This document shows positions 48,424 to 58,103 of a stretch of 64,000 bases of DNA, one piece after another. How positions within the stretch are numbered: position 1 is the first letter of the stretch; each line of letters begins with the position of its first letter. The stretch comes from Candidatus Hydrogenedentota bacterium (lineage in GTDB: Bacteria > Hydrogenedentota > Hydrogenedentia > Hydrogenedentales > JAGMZX01). Both the position numbers and the translations under genes were made by a program. Location of the stretch: positions 15,262 through 79,261 of the forward strand of contig JAKQEQ010000193.1 in NCBI GenBank assembly GCA_029556545.1, read 5' to 3'. The notes below the pieces were generated by a model. The model ran no database searches. It was given only the letters and a program-made list of their open reading frames with translations, and was not told the DNA's origin.

Positions 48424-49689
48424 ATGACTTCGCGGGAGCGTGTGAACACCGCCTTGAATCATGCCGAGCCGGACCGGACGCCGCTGGACCTGGGCGCGTC
48501 GGCGGTCACCGGCATGCATGTCAGTTCGGTTTATCTTTTGCGGCAGGCCCTCGGGCTGGACGCGCCGGGGACGCCCGTGAAGGTGGTCGAGCCGTATCAG
48601 ATGCTCGGCGAGATTGCGCCGGACCTGATCGACGCATTGGGCGTGGACGTGGTGGGTTTGGGCGGATCGCGCACGTTGTTCGGTTTCAGAAACGAGGGAT
48701 GGAAGGAATGGCGGCTCTTCGACAACACGCCCGTGCTCGTGCCGGAGGCGTTCAACACGATGCCCGAGGCGAACGGCGATATCCTGATGTACCCGGGGGG
48801 CGACGCCACCGCCGCGCCGAGCGGCCGCATGCCGAAGGACGGCTTCTATTTCGACACGATTATCCGGCAGGACCCGATCGACGAAGCGGCGCTTGACGTC
48901 GAGGACAACTTGCAGGAGTTCACGCCCATCAGCGACAGCGAACTCGACTGGTATCGCGCGGAGGCGCAGCGGCTCGCGGGAACGGACAAGGCGGTGCTGG
49001 CCTCGTTCGGCGGCGCGGCCTTCGGCGACATCGCCCTCGTGCCGGGACAATGGTTGAGGCGACCGCGCGGCATACGCGACATCGCGGAGTGGTACACGAG
49101 CACGCTCTGCCGCCGCGACTACGTCTACGAGGTTTTCTCGCGGCAATGCGACATGGCCTTGGCCAACTGGGAGAAGATTCACGCTATCGTGGGCGACCTC
49201 GTGACGGCGGTGTTCGTGACGGGGACGGATTTCGGCGCGCAGCACGGCCCGTTCATCGGCCTGGACGTGTATCGGGACCTCTACAAGCCGTTTCACCGGC
49301 GGGTGAACGACTGGATACACAGGAACACGGGCTGGAAATCGTTCATCCACTCGTGCGGCAGCGTGCGGGTCTTTCTGGAGGATTTCATCGACGCCGGGTT
49401 CGACATCCTGAACCCGGTCCAGTGCTCGGCGCGGGACATGGAAGCGCGGGAACTGAAGGAGGGCTACGGAGACCGGCTGGTGTTCTGGGGCGGGGGCGTG
49501 GACACGCAGCACACGCTGCCGTTCGGGACGCCGGAGGAGGTGGCGGCGCAGGTGCGGGAACGGGTGCGGATTTTCGGGCGGGGCGGCGGCTTCATATTCA
49601 ACACGATCCACAACGTGCAAGCGCGGGTGCCCCGCGAGAACCTGCTGGCGTTGTATAGGACGCTGCTTGAGTTGGCGGGAAACACGTAG
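48424..49689 (+). CDS. uroporphyrinogen-decarboxylase-like (URO-D/MtaA-fold) family protein
   Basis: RVNTALNHAEPDRTPLDLG at the N-terminus and the overall URO-D-like TIM-barrel pattern. The substrate is unknown. Confidence 0.75.
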   Translation: MTSRERVNTALNHAEPDRTPLDLGASAVTGMHVSSVYLLRQALGLDAPGTPVKVVEPYQMLGEIAPDLIDALGVDVVGLGGSRTLFGFRNEGWKEWRLFDNTPVLVPEAFNTMPEANGDILMYPGGDATAAPSGRMPKDGFYFDTIIRQDPIDEAALDVEDNLQEFTPISDSELDWYRAEAQRLAGTDKAVLASFGGAAFGDIALVPGQWLRRPRGIRDIAEWYTSTLCRRDYVYEVFSRQCDMALANWEKIHAIVGDLVTAVFVTGTDFGAQHGPFIGLDVYRDLYKPFHRRVNDWIHRNTGWKSFIHSCGSVRVFLEDFIDAGFDILNPVQCSARDMEARELKEGYGDRLVFWGGGVDTQHTLPFGTPEEVAAQVRERVRIFGRGGGFIFNTIHNVQARVPRENLLALYRTLLELAGNT

Positions 49690-49771
49690 CGCGCGCGACA
49701 AGGCGGACAGGACAACCGCGCACGCGGGGCGCGCGACTTCGGAACCGTGAATCACGCCGCGAACGGGGGCG

Positions 49772-51343
49772 TCACTGGGCCATCATCTTGCGGCAGTAGG
49801 CGGCCATGCGATCGCGGTGATCGTCGTCCCGTGAGGCGACATTCGGCTGATCAATGACTGGGGCGTTCTCGTCGAGGTAGGTAGGGGGCAGATCGTCGAA
49901 ACTGCGCCATGCTTCGATGGCCCGTGTGAGCGCCTGAATCTCGTCCCGGCAGGCGGGATCGTCGTACCGATCATGGACCTCGGCGGGATCATGCTCGATA
50001 TCGAAGAAGAGCGATTTGCCGTGTTTCCGTGACAGGAGCAGTTTGCGTGTTCCTGTTCGCGCCATGGCATGGGTGCCGCCGGCGCTCTCGGCAAACACGT
50101 GGTCACGTCCGATGTCCTCGGCGGCGAGGTCGATCCCGCGCATGCCGTCGGGCACCGCGCAGGACGCCTGTCGGAGGATGGTCGGCGCGACATCGATATT
50201 CGACACCATGGCCTGCGAGACGCGGCCGCCGAACTTGCCGGCGGGGTACTTGATAATGAGCGGGACTTTCACGAGCGGGTCGTACATGTAGTTGCCTTTC
50301 AAAAGCATGTGATGGCAGCCCAGGTACTCTCCGTGATCGCTTGTGTAGATGATCATTGTGTTGTCATACAAGCCCTTGCGCCGCAAGACCTCGATCATGC
50401 GGCCCACCTGGTGGTCGATCTGCTCGATGCTTGCGTAGTAATACGCCATTACCCGCTGGAGTGCGGCGACCGTGAGACTCTCGTGCGGGAAGTAGCCGCG
50501 GTGCAGTTCGAGGTCGTGAGGCAGGCAGGCGTCCGTCCAGCCCGGCAGCAGCGACAGCGCGTCGGGCTCATATCTCTCGGCCCACGACGCGGGGGGGTCA
50601 AACGGGTGGTGCGGCTTGATGAAGCCGACCATGAGGAGTTGGCCGGACGTTCCCCAGCCCTCGATGGTCTCGACCGCGTGATCGCCGATCCACTGGGTCG
50701 AGTAGAAGGCGTCCGGGAGGTTGGTCGGCAGCGCGCCGAAGGTTTGCCAGTACTCGGGCCGCGCGCGGTCCCGGTACTCCTTGCGTTGATCCTCAAGATC
50801 GTTCCTGTCGACGAGCCCGGCGTCCCGTAGCGCCCGGTGATAGTCGTCGTCCCAGCGTCCCGGCCCGTCCTGCTCTGACAGTATCATCTCCTCGAAACCC
50901 ACATCGAGATAGGTGGGGGTGAAGTGCATCTTCCCCACGGCCTTGGTTGGATACCCGGCGTGTTTCAGCACGGAAGGAAAGGTCTCGGTCCCCGGGAACA
51001 AGGTGCAGTGGTTTGTCCAGCCGCGATGCTCGTGAACGTAGCGCCCGGACAGGAGCGAGTAGCGCGACGGCGTGCAGACGGGGTATGGGCAGAAGCTGTT
51101 CTCGAAGCGCACGCCGTCGGTGGCTATCGCGTCGAGGTGGGGCGTGCGAATCTCGTTGTTGCTGTAAGCGCCGAGGCACTCGATCCGATGCTGGTCCCCG
51201 TGGATTAGCAGCACGTTTGGCCGCGCCGCCGTGCGTGCGGATGCGGTTGCAGCGTCGTCCTGTGCGCGGGCGCACACCGACGCCCCGGCGAGTGTGGCCG
51301 CCGCCGAGCCCAGGAAACCGCGTCGGTCTATTCTGTCCGCCAT
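49772..51343 (-). CDS. sulfatase (arylsulfatase-family) with Tat signal peptide
   Basis: Internal ATG 51343 with RBS ggagaggagg. DRRGFLGSAAATLAG Tat motif. Sulfatase signature CTPSRYSLLSGRY (C-x-P-x-R formylglycine motif) and GKMHF. The 1162-aa track ORF is rejected upstream of this start. Confidence 0.9.
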   Translation of the reverse strand: MADRIDRRGFLGSAAATLAGASVCARAQDDAATASARTAARPNVLLIHGDQHRIECLGAYSNNEIRTPHLDAIATDGVRFENSFCPYPVCTPSRYSLLSGRYVHEHRGWTNHCTLFPGTETFPSVLKHAGYPTKAVGKMHFTPTYLDVGFEEMILSEQDGPGRWDDDYHRALRDAGLVDRNDLEDQRKEYRDRARPEYWQTFGALPTNLPDAFYSTQWIGDHAVETIEGWGTSGQLLMVGFIKPHHPFDPPASWAERYEPDALSLLPGWTDACLPHDLELHRGYFPHESLTVAALQRVMAYYYASIEQIDHQVGRMIEVLRRKGLYDNTMIIYTSDHGEYLGCHHMLLKGNYMYDPLVKVPLIIKYPAGKFGGRVSQAMVSNIDVAPTILRQASCAVPDGMRGIDLAAEDIGRDHVFAESAGGTHAMARTGTRKLLLSRKHGKSLFFDIEHDPAEVHDRYDDPACRDEIQALTRAIEAWRSFDDLPPTYLDENAPVIDQPNVASRDDDHRDRMAAYCRKMMAQ

Positions 51344-51499
51344 GGGATGCCTCCTCTCCGCCAGTATACCTAGCAAGCAGCCGCGCTGCGATTCGCACGT
51401 TTCGACATGCATCGCCGGATATGGCCTGATAGAATAGCGCTTGGGGCTTGGTGACTGTGGTTCCCGCGACATCGGCCCAATAACGGAGTACTTTCGCCC

Positions 51500-52558
51500 A
51501 TGAACTTGCCCTTTTCCGACCATGACCACCCCGAGACCGCGTTCGCGTTGGCGGCGGTGCGCGCGGCGGCCCGGTTGACGACGCGCGTGCGCGCGGAGAT
51601 GCCGCACGCGAAGATCACGAAGACCGACTTGAGTCCGGTGACGGTGGCGGACTTCGCGGTGCAGGCGTATATCGCGCGTGCGCTGGCCGAGGCGTTTCCC
51701 GGGGACGCGCTGGTGGGGGAGGAGCGCGCGGCGGCCCTCGAAGCGGACGACGGCGCGGCGATGCGGGCGCTCGTGGCCGAGTTCGTGCGGGAGGAAGCGC
51801 CGGATGCCACTGAGGCGCGGGTCTGCGCCTGGATCGAGCGGGGCGCGGGCGCGGCGGAGGGGCGGTTCTGGGTCCTGGACCCCGTGGACGGGACGAAGGG
51901 CTACCTGCGCGGCGGGCAATATGCCATTGCCTTCGCGCTCATCGAGGACGGCGTCGTGCAATTGGGCGTGCTTGGCTGCCCCGGTCTGGATGCGCAGTGT
52001 CGTCCGGCGGAGAACGGACCGGGCGCGTTGCTCGTGGCTCGGCGCGGCGGGGGCGCATGGTGTGGTCCCCTCGCGGATGGTCCCGGCGAATTCGTGCAAT
52101 TGCACGCGTCGGACTGTGCGGACGCGCGGCGGGCGCGTCTCTTGCGGTCTTTCGAGGCAAGCCACACGAATGAAGGGCAGATTGAGGCCATCGCCGCGCG
52201 ACTCGGGCTTGCCGCGCCGCCCGTGTTGATGGACAGCCAGGCGAAATATGCCGTGCTGGCCGCGGGCGGCGGCGAGTTGATGCTGCGCCTCCTGTCGCCG
52301 AAACAGCCCGACTACAAGGAACGCATCTGGGACCAGGCGGCGGGGAGCATCGTGGTCGAGGCGGCGGGGGGACGGGTCACGGATCTGTGCGGTCATCCGT
52401 TCGATTTCAGCGCGGGCCGGTTGCTGGAACGGAACACCGGCGTATTCGCGTCGAACGGACCGCTGCACGACGCGGGGCTCGAAGCGATTGCGGCTCTGGG
52501 GACTGGCACAAGCGACCCCGCGCTTCGCGGGGGAGACGTGCCTGTCCTCCCAAGTTAG
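51500..52558 (+). CDS. 3'(2'),5'-bisphosphate nucleotidase / inositol-monophosphatase-family protein (CysQ/HAL2-like)
   Basis: WVLDPVDGTKGYLRG and the metal-binding pattern typical of the PAP phosphatase family. It is divergent from the sulfatase gene. Confidence 0.8.
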   Translation: MNLPFSDHDHPETAFALAAVRAAARLTTRVRAEMPHAKITKTDLSPVTVADFAVQAYIARALAEAFPGDALVGEERAAALEADDGAAMRALVAEFVREEAPDATEARVCAWIERGAGAAEGRFWVLDPVDGTKGYLRGGQYAIAFALIEDGVVQLGVLGCPGLDAQCRPAENGPGALLVARRGGGAWCGPLADGPGEFVQLHASDCADARRARLLRSFEASHTNEGQIEAIAARLGLAAPPVLMDSQAKYAVLAAGGGELMLRLLSPKQPDYKERIWDQAAGSIVVEAAGGRVTDLCGHPFDFSAGRLLERNTGVFASNGPLHDAGLEAIAALGTGTSDPALRGGDVPVLPS

Positions 52559-52708
52559 CCCCAGTCCCCCCAAGTTTGGGGCCGCTTGCGCGGCAAGCGG
52601 GTTGCCTGCTAGTATCCGGGAGGCCGGTAAGTATGCCGGGAGTGTCCCCGCGCGCGGAGAGGCGCGGACCACGGGCGGGACGCCCGTGCCACGAAGAGAG
52701 GGTACAAC

Positions 52709-53710
52709 ATGTCCAGGCGATGGTGTGTGGCCGCAACGGCGTGCGCTTTCTTGGCGTTGGTCGCGGCGGATGCCCAGGCGCAGTGGCGCTGGACGCCGCA
52801 GACGGGCCGTTTTGTAAACATCAAGAATCTGCCGAAGGAAACGCCGGAGATTCAGGTCGAATATGCCCGGGGCTTGTATATGAACGGGCGCTATAAGGAG
52901 GCGTACCGGGAGACGGAGAAGTTCGAGCAGTTCTACAGTGACACGGAATACGCGGACGACAACCAGTTCCTCCGCGGCGAAATCCGGCTGGCCCAGGGCA
53001 AGCACCTCGCCGCCGCGCGCGAGTTCCAGCAGGTCATCGCGAATTATCCGGACAGCGACCTTTTTGACGCCGTGATCGCGAAGCAGTACGAGATTGGCGA
53101 CGGGCTCTACGACCTGGGCACGAAGCGGGCGTTGCGGTGGTGGCCGATGTTCCGGCATCGCCCGCTCAAGCGGGCGGCCGAGGTGTATGGGATGGTCATC
53201 CGCAATCAGCCGTTCACGACGGCGGCGGCCGAGGCGCAGTACAAGGTGGGCCTGTGCCACTTCGCGCGCAAGGCGTACCTGGAGGCGGCCTACGAGTACC
53301 GGCGCGTGATCGAGGATTACGCCGGGTCCGAGTGGGTGGACGAGGCCGGCGAAGGGCTGGCCTTGTGCTACTACCGCATGTCCCTCCCGCCGGAATACGA
53401 TCAGGCCCCGAGCGAGTTGGCCATCAACGCCATCGACGATTTCAAGGCCCGTTTCCCCGAGGATGCGCGGGTGGCGGACCTCGACGGGAAACGCGTCGAG
53501 ATGCGGGAAAACATCGCGATGCAGCGGCTGGTTACGGCGCGGTTCTACGAGCGGCGCCGCGAGTTTCCGGCGGCGCGGTTATGCTATGAGGTGGTCGTCG
53601 AGCAGTTTCCCGAAACCGAAGCGGCCAAGGGCGCGCAGAGGTGGATCGACGAACACCCTGGCGTCGAGAGTCCGTTCAGCAAGGGCATCGGTCGCGAAAG
53701 CCGGGACTAG
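52709..53710 (+). CDS. bamD: outer-membrane assembly lipoprotein BamD-like (TPR-type)
   Basis: Signal peptide, then TPR-like repeats with YEIGDGLYDL, AQYKVGLCHF and the YEYRRVIEDY pattern seen in BamD/YfiO. It is followed by lptE and holA. Confidence 0.7.
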   Translation: MSRRWCVAATACAFLALVAADAQAQWRWTPQTGRFVNIKNLPKETPEIQVEYARGLYMNGRYKEAYRETEKFEQFYSDTEYADDNQFLRGEIRLAQGKHLAAAREFQQVIANYPDSDLFDAVIAKQYEIGDGLYDLGTKRALRWWPMFRHRPLKRAAEVYGMVIRNQPFTTAAAEAQYKVGLCHFARKAYLEAAYEYRRVIEDYAGSEWVDEAGEGLALCYYRMSLPPEYDQAPSELAINAIDDFKARFPEDARVADLDGKRVEMRENIAMQRLVTARFYERRREFPAARLCYEVVVEQFPETEAAKGAQRWIDEHPGVESPFSKGIGRESRD

Positions 53711-53713
53711 GGC

Positions 53714-54280
53714 GTGATATCCGGAATGCGATATGCGGTGTCAAGCGCGTTACTGTGCGCGCTGCTCGCAGGCTGCGGCTACACGACGGAGAGCACCCTC
53801 CCGACAAAGTACCAGACGGTCTTTGTCTCGACATTCAAGGACATGAGCCCCCAATACGACTTGCAGGCCCCGCTCACGAACGCGCTTGTGCGCAAGTTCA
53901 TCACCGACGGGCGGCTCCAGGTGGCGAAGCGGGACGATGCGGACCTCGTGCTTGAGGGCGCCATCCTCGACTATCGCATGAAGGGCCTGACCTTCGACCA
54001 GGCGGACGATGTGACCCAGTTTGTGGTCGTCGTCGCGGCGGCGGCGCGTTTAACCGACGCCGAATCCGGCGAAGTCCTCTGGGAAGACCCCCTCATGGCC
54101 GGGGAAACGACGTATTACACCCGCGCGGCGGGGCAGTCTTCCGACCGGCTGCGCGGCAACGCCGAGGTCTTTCTGCCGACCGTGCGGTCCTTTTCGACCG
54201 AAGAGGAGAACCGGGCGGCGGCGGAGGCGCTCGAACAACTAGCCTCCGACATCTTCTACCGCACGGTGGAGCCGTGGTGA
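53714..54280 (+). CDS. lptE: LPS-assembly lipoprotein LptE-like
   Basis: Lipobox LLAGCGY, about 188 aa, located immediately upstream of holA (a conserved lptE-holA neighbourhood). Confidence 0.65.
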   Translation: MISGMRYAVSSALLCALLAGCGYTTESTLPTKYQTVFVSTFKDMSPQYDLQAPLTNALVRKFITDGRLQVAKRDDADLVLEGAILDYRMKGLTFDQADDVTQFVVVVAAAARLTDAESGEVLWEDPLMAGETTYYTRAAGQSSDRLRGNAEVFLPTVRSFSTEEENRAAAEALEQLASDIFYRTVEPW

Positions 54281-54284
54281 GGGC

Positions 54285-55328
54285 GTGCAGGTTCAGGAAT
54301 TCCTAGACCGCTTCAATCCGGGGCGCGTGCCCCCGGTCGTCTTGTTGTGTCCGGGAACCGCGGGGAAGAGCAAGAACGTCACCTTCGAGCCCGTAAGAGC
54401 CCAGCAAGCGGCCGATCGCATCGTCGAGGCCTTCATCGACCCTTCCCTCCGCGACCTCGCCTATGCCTTGTACTACGGAGACGAAGCGGACCCCGCCGGC
54501 GTGGTTCTCGAAGCGCAGACGCTCCCGTTCCTCGCCGACCGGCGCGTCGTCGAGGTCCGCAACGCCGATGTCTACGAAACCGAAACGCGCGGGAAGGCGA
54601 TCCACGCCTATCTCGCGTCGCCCAACGAGACGACCGTGCTAATCCTCGTTGCGTCGCGCATCGACCGGCGACTCAAGTTCTTCAAGGCGTGCCAGAAGGC
54701 GGGCGAGATCATCGAGTGCCCCGAGTTGTCCGAGAGGGAAGTGCATGCGTGGGTGGGCGAGAGAATGGACACGCTCGGCAAGCGCATCGACGGCGATGCG
54801 GTCAGCGAACTGGTGCGCCGGGCCGGAACGCGCCTCGGCGACGTGAACAACGCCATCCAGGTCGTGGCGGACTACGTGGGCGGCAAGGGGCGCGTGACGC
54901 AGGAGGACGTCGCGGGGGCGTGCGCCGACGTGGCCGAGGAGGAGATTTGGGCGCTCACGGATGCCATCGCCGCGTCGGAAGTGGGCAAGGCCGTGACGGC
55001 GCTGCGGAAGCTGCTCGCGTTTGGGAAAGCGCCCGACGAAATCATGGGGACGATTAACTGGCTGGTGAAAATGACCTACGGGGTTCTTGTCCCCGAGAGC
55101 GGCCAGAAAGTCCATGCTTTCGTGGCGGACAAAGTGAGGAAACTCGGCGACAAGTTCGGGCGCGCCAAGACGCAAGACGCCTTCAAACTTTGCACCAGCA
55201 CCCATTTCATGATGCGCAGTACAGGCGTCGACCCCGAACTCGCCCTCGAATTGCTCGTCATCAAGCTCGCCGCGCCGCGCAAGGCCCCCCAGCCCAAGCG
55301 CGGCGCCGTCTTCAGGGGGCAGTGTTGA
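54285..55328 (+). CDS. holA: DNA polymerase III delta subunit
   Basis: 347 aa with a GTG start; clamp-loader delta fold pattern and gene-order context. The exact start is uncertain. Confidence 0.75.
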   Translation: MQVQEFLDRFNPGRVPPVVLLCPGTAGKSKNVTFEPVRAQQAADRIVEAFIDPSLRDLAYALYYGDEADPAGVVLEAQTLPFLADRRVVEVRNADVYETETRGKAIHAYLASPNETTVLILVASRIDRRLKFFKACQKAGEIIECPELSEREVHAWVGERMDTLGKRIDGDAVSELVRRAGTRLGDVNNAIQVVADYVGGKGRVTQEDVAGACADVAEEEIWALTDAIAASEVGKAVTALRKLLAFGKAPDEIMGTINWLVKMTYGVLVPESGQKVHAFVADKVRKLGDKFGRAKTQDAFKLCTSTHFMMRSTGVDPELALELLVIKLAAPRKAPQPKRGAVFRGQC

Positions 55329-56550
55329 GCGTGTATTCAATGATGACGCCGCGGACTTCTACCTTTCCACCCCCCCAGTCACTTGAGTATGCTGAGCAAG
55401 TAAGACTAGTTGCTTCATTGTTTACAGTCCTTCTTGGGATAGCAACCGTCTTGGCGCCTACTCCGGAAATTCCGGAACTGTCAACTTCAGCCCAAGTGGA
55501 GAAATTACCGTCGAGTGGATAATAACGGGCGAAATTTACAGTCACATCCTCCGTGTGTGTCGGATCTTTATCAAAATACACGGTGAACGAATCGACAATG
55601 GCGCCGTCCGGCAGATTCACCGGCGCGATCATTTTCCCGAAGCCGCTCGAAGTAACACAAAAACCACCGTTACCACCTTGCGAGCTATACTCCGTCGAAC
55701 TCATATTGGGCTGCCATGCTGCGCGATCAATTGAGTAGAAAAAAGTGTACGGACCATGTGTATGCGAACTTGCGGCAAACGCGCTCGCCTGCTGGCCGTC
55801 CAGCGTGTCCGCATCAATGCCGCTTCCTGCACCGTCGTTGGCCAGTATGTGGGGGATGATCTCGCTGTCCAGCGCAAAATCAGTGGCCTGCTGGCCGTCC
55901 AGCGTGTCCGCGTCGAGCCCGCTGCCCGGTCCGTCGCTCGCAAGCACGGTCGGCAGGATCTCGCTGTCCCGCGCGATGGCCGCGTCGATGTAGGCTTGGG
56001 CGATGGTTCCCGCGCGGATGGCCTCGCCATAAATGAAGGCCGCGCTCGTAAGCGTGATATTCTGCGGAATCAGGAACGGCGGAAAGACGCCGCTTTCGAT
56101 GTCGATCGCGTCGTGCGTGTGGGATGCGTTCGCCAAGTCCGCCTTGTGCGCGCCGTCCAGAGTGTCCGCGTTGCCGCTCTGCAGCGCATAAGCCACGGAA
56201 GCGACGCGCCGGCGCGGCGCGAGGTCTTCCCCGTTCACGTTCACGTTCAGCCAGACGCTGTTGCCGCTGAACACCGTGGCGGGAACCAGCAGCGCCGGAT
56301 CGTCGCCAATCATGGTGCTATAGACCCCGTCCGCGTCCGGCGTGACCGTGTCGGCGTCGGAGAAACCGCTGCCGAGTTGTGTGCCGCCCGACTCGCTGCT
56401 CCAGAAGGTGAACGTCACGGTGATCGCGCTCGTCACGGGGTTCCCTGCCGCGTCCGTGATGCGCCCCTGATAGGCAATCAGCCCCGGCGCCGCCAGCGCC
56501 GCTCCACCCAGCGCGATAGCCAGTAGCACCAGACCCATGCTCGCTTTCAT
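55312..56550 (-). CDS. secreted protein with tandem tail-fibre-like repeats (GSGLDADTLDGQQAxxFA) and C-terminal beta-rich domain
   Basis: Signal MKASMGLVLLAIALGGAALAAP. There is an internal 33-aa repeat with a 25-bp identical DNA core (cctgctggccgtccagcgtgtccgc at 55789 and 55888). Confidence 0.65.
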   Translation of the reverse strand: MKASMGLVLLAIALGGAALAAPGLIAYQGRITDAAGNPVTSAITVTFTFWSSESGGTQLGSGFSDADTVTPDADGVYSTMIGDDPALLVPATVFSGNSVWLNVNVNGEDLAPRRRVASVAYALQSGNADTLDGAHKADLANASHTHDAIDIESGVFPPFLIPQNITLTSAAFIYGEAIRAGTIAQAYIDAAIARDSEILPTVLASDGPGSGLDADTLDGQQATDFALDSEIIPHILANDGAGSGIDADTLDGQQASAFAASSHTHGPYTFFYSIDRAAWQPNMSSTEYSSQGGNGGFCVTSSGFGKMIAPVNLPDGAIVDSFTVYFDKDPTHTEDVTVNFARYYPLDGNFSTWAEVDSSGISGVGAKTVAIPRRTVNNEATSLTCSAYSSDWGGGKVEVRGVIIEYTLNTAP

Positions 56551-56590
56551 CGCAGTAATCTCCTGTCGTTCTCCCGGGGGTGCTTCATGA

Positions 56591-57205
56591 CTAGAGCCCC
56601 GGGCAGAATCCGTCTTCCGTGCCCTCGCCCGGGCAGGCGTGGTAGCCGCCCGAATTGTAGAACTGAATCACACGCAGCAGTTCCGTTAACTTGATCTGCC
56701 AGTCGGGTCCGGACGGGGCATAGTCGCTGGAATGGGGCGCGCAGCTATGGTTGGCGCCCGATCCCGGCACGTAGCCGTCTTCCGTGGAGGCAGGATCGTC
56801 CGCGCAATGAAAGCCGCCCGAATTGTAGAATTGAATGATGCGGAGCAGTTCTGTCAGGTTGATCCGTGAGTTCCCGTCCTGATCGGCGGAATGGCCGCCC
56901 TCGCCTTCGCCTTCGCCTTCGCCTTCTGCTCCGGCGGTGAATGGCGGGACCGTATGCGCAAAACCTCCAAATTCGCGATATGAGGCGGACGCGCCGGTAC
57001 GTGGCAGGAATTCGAGACCAATCGTCGTCAGCGGCGCGTTGAAGGAAGAGGCCATGGACGCCCCGCCGCCGGAGCACAAGACGTCGGTGACCAGGTCATA
57101 GCTGGCGCTGGAAGCGGCCTGAACAGGGCATGGCAGGAAGAACATCGCGGAAAACGCCGCGACAACGCCTAAAGGAAATGACCATCCGCATCGAAGACAT
57201 GTCAT
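56591..57205 (-). CDS. secreted protein with (Glu-Gly)n linker and two dockerin-like Ca-binding repeats
   Basis: Signal peptide, then AEGEGEGEGEGG, then DQDGNSRINLTELLRIIQFYNSGGFHC and a second copy IKLTELLRVIQFYNSGGYHAC. RBS aggggg before ATG 57205. Confidence 0.65.
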   Translation of the reverse strand: MTCLRCGWSFPLGVVAAFSAMFFLPCPVQAASSASYDLVTDVLCSGGGASMASSFNAPLTTIGLEFLPRTGASASYREFGGFAHTVPPFTAGAEGEGEGEGEGGHSADQDGNSRINLTELLRIIQFYNSGGFHCADDPASTEDGYVPGSGANHSCAPHSSDYAPSGPDWQIKLTELLRVIQFYNSGGYHACPGEGTEDGFCPGL

Positions 57206-57278
57206 ATAAACCCCCTGACATTTCGAGACAGAAGTTCAAGGTCTGCATGGATAACACCTCCCCTCCCCTATTGGTTTA

Positions 57279-57307
57279 ATCTTATAATAACGAAATTATT
57301 TTGTCAA
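57279..57307 (-). promoter_or_regulatory. candidate sigma70 promoter TTGACA-N17-TAAGAT in an AT-rich patch upstream of 56591..57205
   Basis: Minus strand: cTTGACAaaataatttcgttattaTAAGATtaaacc. It is the only AT-rich stretch in the neighbourhood. Confidence 0.35.
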
Positions 57308-57749
57308 GCACTCGAATTTCCGAACTTTCCCGAAGGTTGTCATCGATTGGACGGGGTTGCGTGACGCCTTCAGCGAAGAGGGCGAGTCGGGCATCATTCA
57401 CGGCTCGGATGCGGGAGACCGGCGCGCTTGGGTGTCGGGCAAACAGGGCGCGCAGGCCATCGGCCAAGGCGCAATACTTGAAGTCTGGAATACCAAGAAA
57501 GGCGTCTGGCGGCCTGATCGGCGTATCGGGCCGTGACACGCAGGTGGGAGTCATGATCCCATATACGGGCGGAAAAGAACATTACGGCCAGGAGCAGGGG
57601 TAGCAGGTTTCGCAGCCCCCGACAATTGAGGGCAGGACGTATTCTCGACGCCATCTTGACCCATGAAGGTGCCCCGTTCAATCCCCTGAATGCTCCCGAG
57701 ACATTTTCAAAGACCGATAAACTATTGTTCCCCAATAACTTACGGCACG

Positions 57750-58103
57750 CTACCCAGCATTCTTCGAGGAACGCTTGCCCTCGGTCTCGCCGTCCGGCGC
57801 CGCGTCTTTCTCCGGCAGGTCCCGCATAGCGCGGATGGCGTCGATGCCTTGCCAATACTCATGGAGCGCGTCGCGGCCCGCGGCGGTGATGCGAAACTCG
57901 GTGTGGGGGATGCGCCCGTTGAAACTCTTCTCGACCTCGACGAAACCAGCCTTTTCGAGCTTGTCCATGTGCGACGAGAGGTTGCCCTTTGTCAGCCCCA
58001 GTGTGCTGAGTAGGAAGCTAAAGTCGACCACGTCCACCCCGGAGAGCAGCGTCAGGATACGCAGGCGCGCCGGCTCGTGTATTGTGCGGTCGAGGTCCGT
58101 CAT
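57750..58103 (-). CDS. winged-helix transcriptional regulator (HTH_34/PadR-like small regulator)
   Basis: HEPARLRILTLL...LTKGNLSSHMDKLEKAGFVEVEK...RITAAGRDAL is a wHTH pattern. It overlaps the upstream membrane protein gene by 4 nt (ATGA). Confidence 0.75.
   Translation of the reverse strand: MTDLDRTIHEPARLRILTLLSGVDVVDFSFLLSTLGLTKGNLSSHMDKLEKAGFVEVEKSFNGRIPHTEFRITAAGRDALHEYWQGIDAIRAMRDLPEKDAAPDGETEGKRSSKNAG

Noticed and set aside
49772-53260. 1162-aa minus-strand ORF in the track
   Set aside because: Only the last 523 codons (from ATG 51343, with RBS and Tat signal) are a sulfatase. The upstream 640 codons are Arg/Ala/Pro-rich GC-bias read-through, antisense to the real plus-strand genes cysQ-like and bamD.
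57098-57248. 50-codon alternative ORF overlapping the start of 56591..57205
   Set aside because: The strong RBS is noted in findings, but with no conservation evidence it is not called as a gene.
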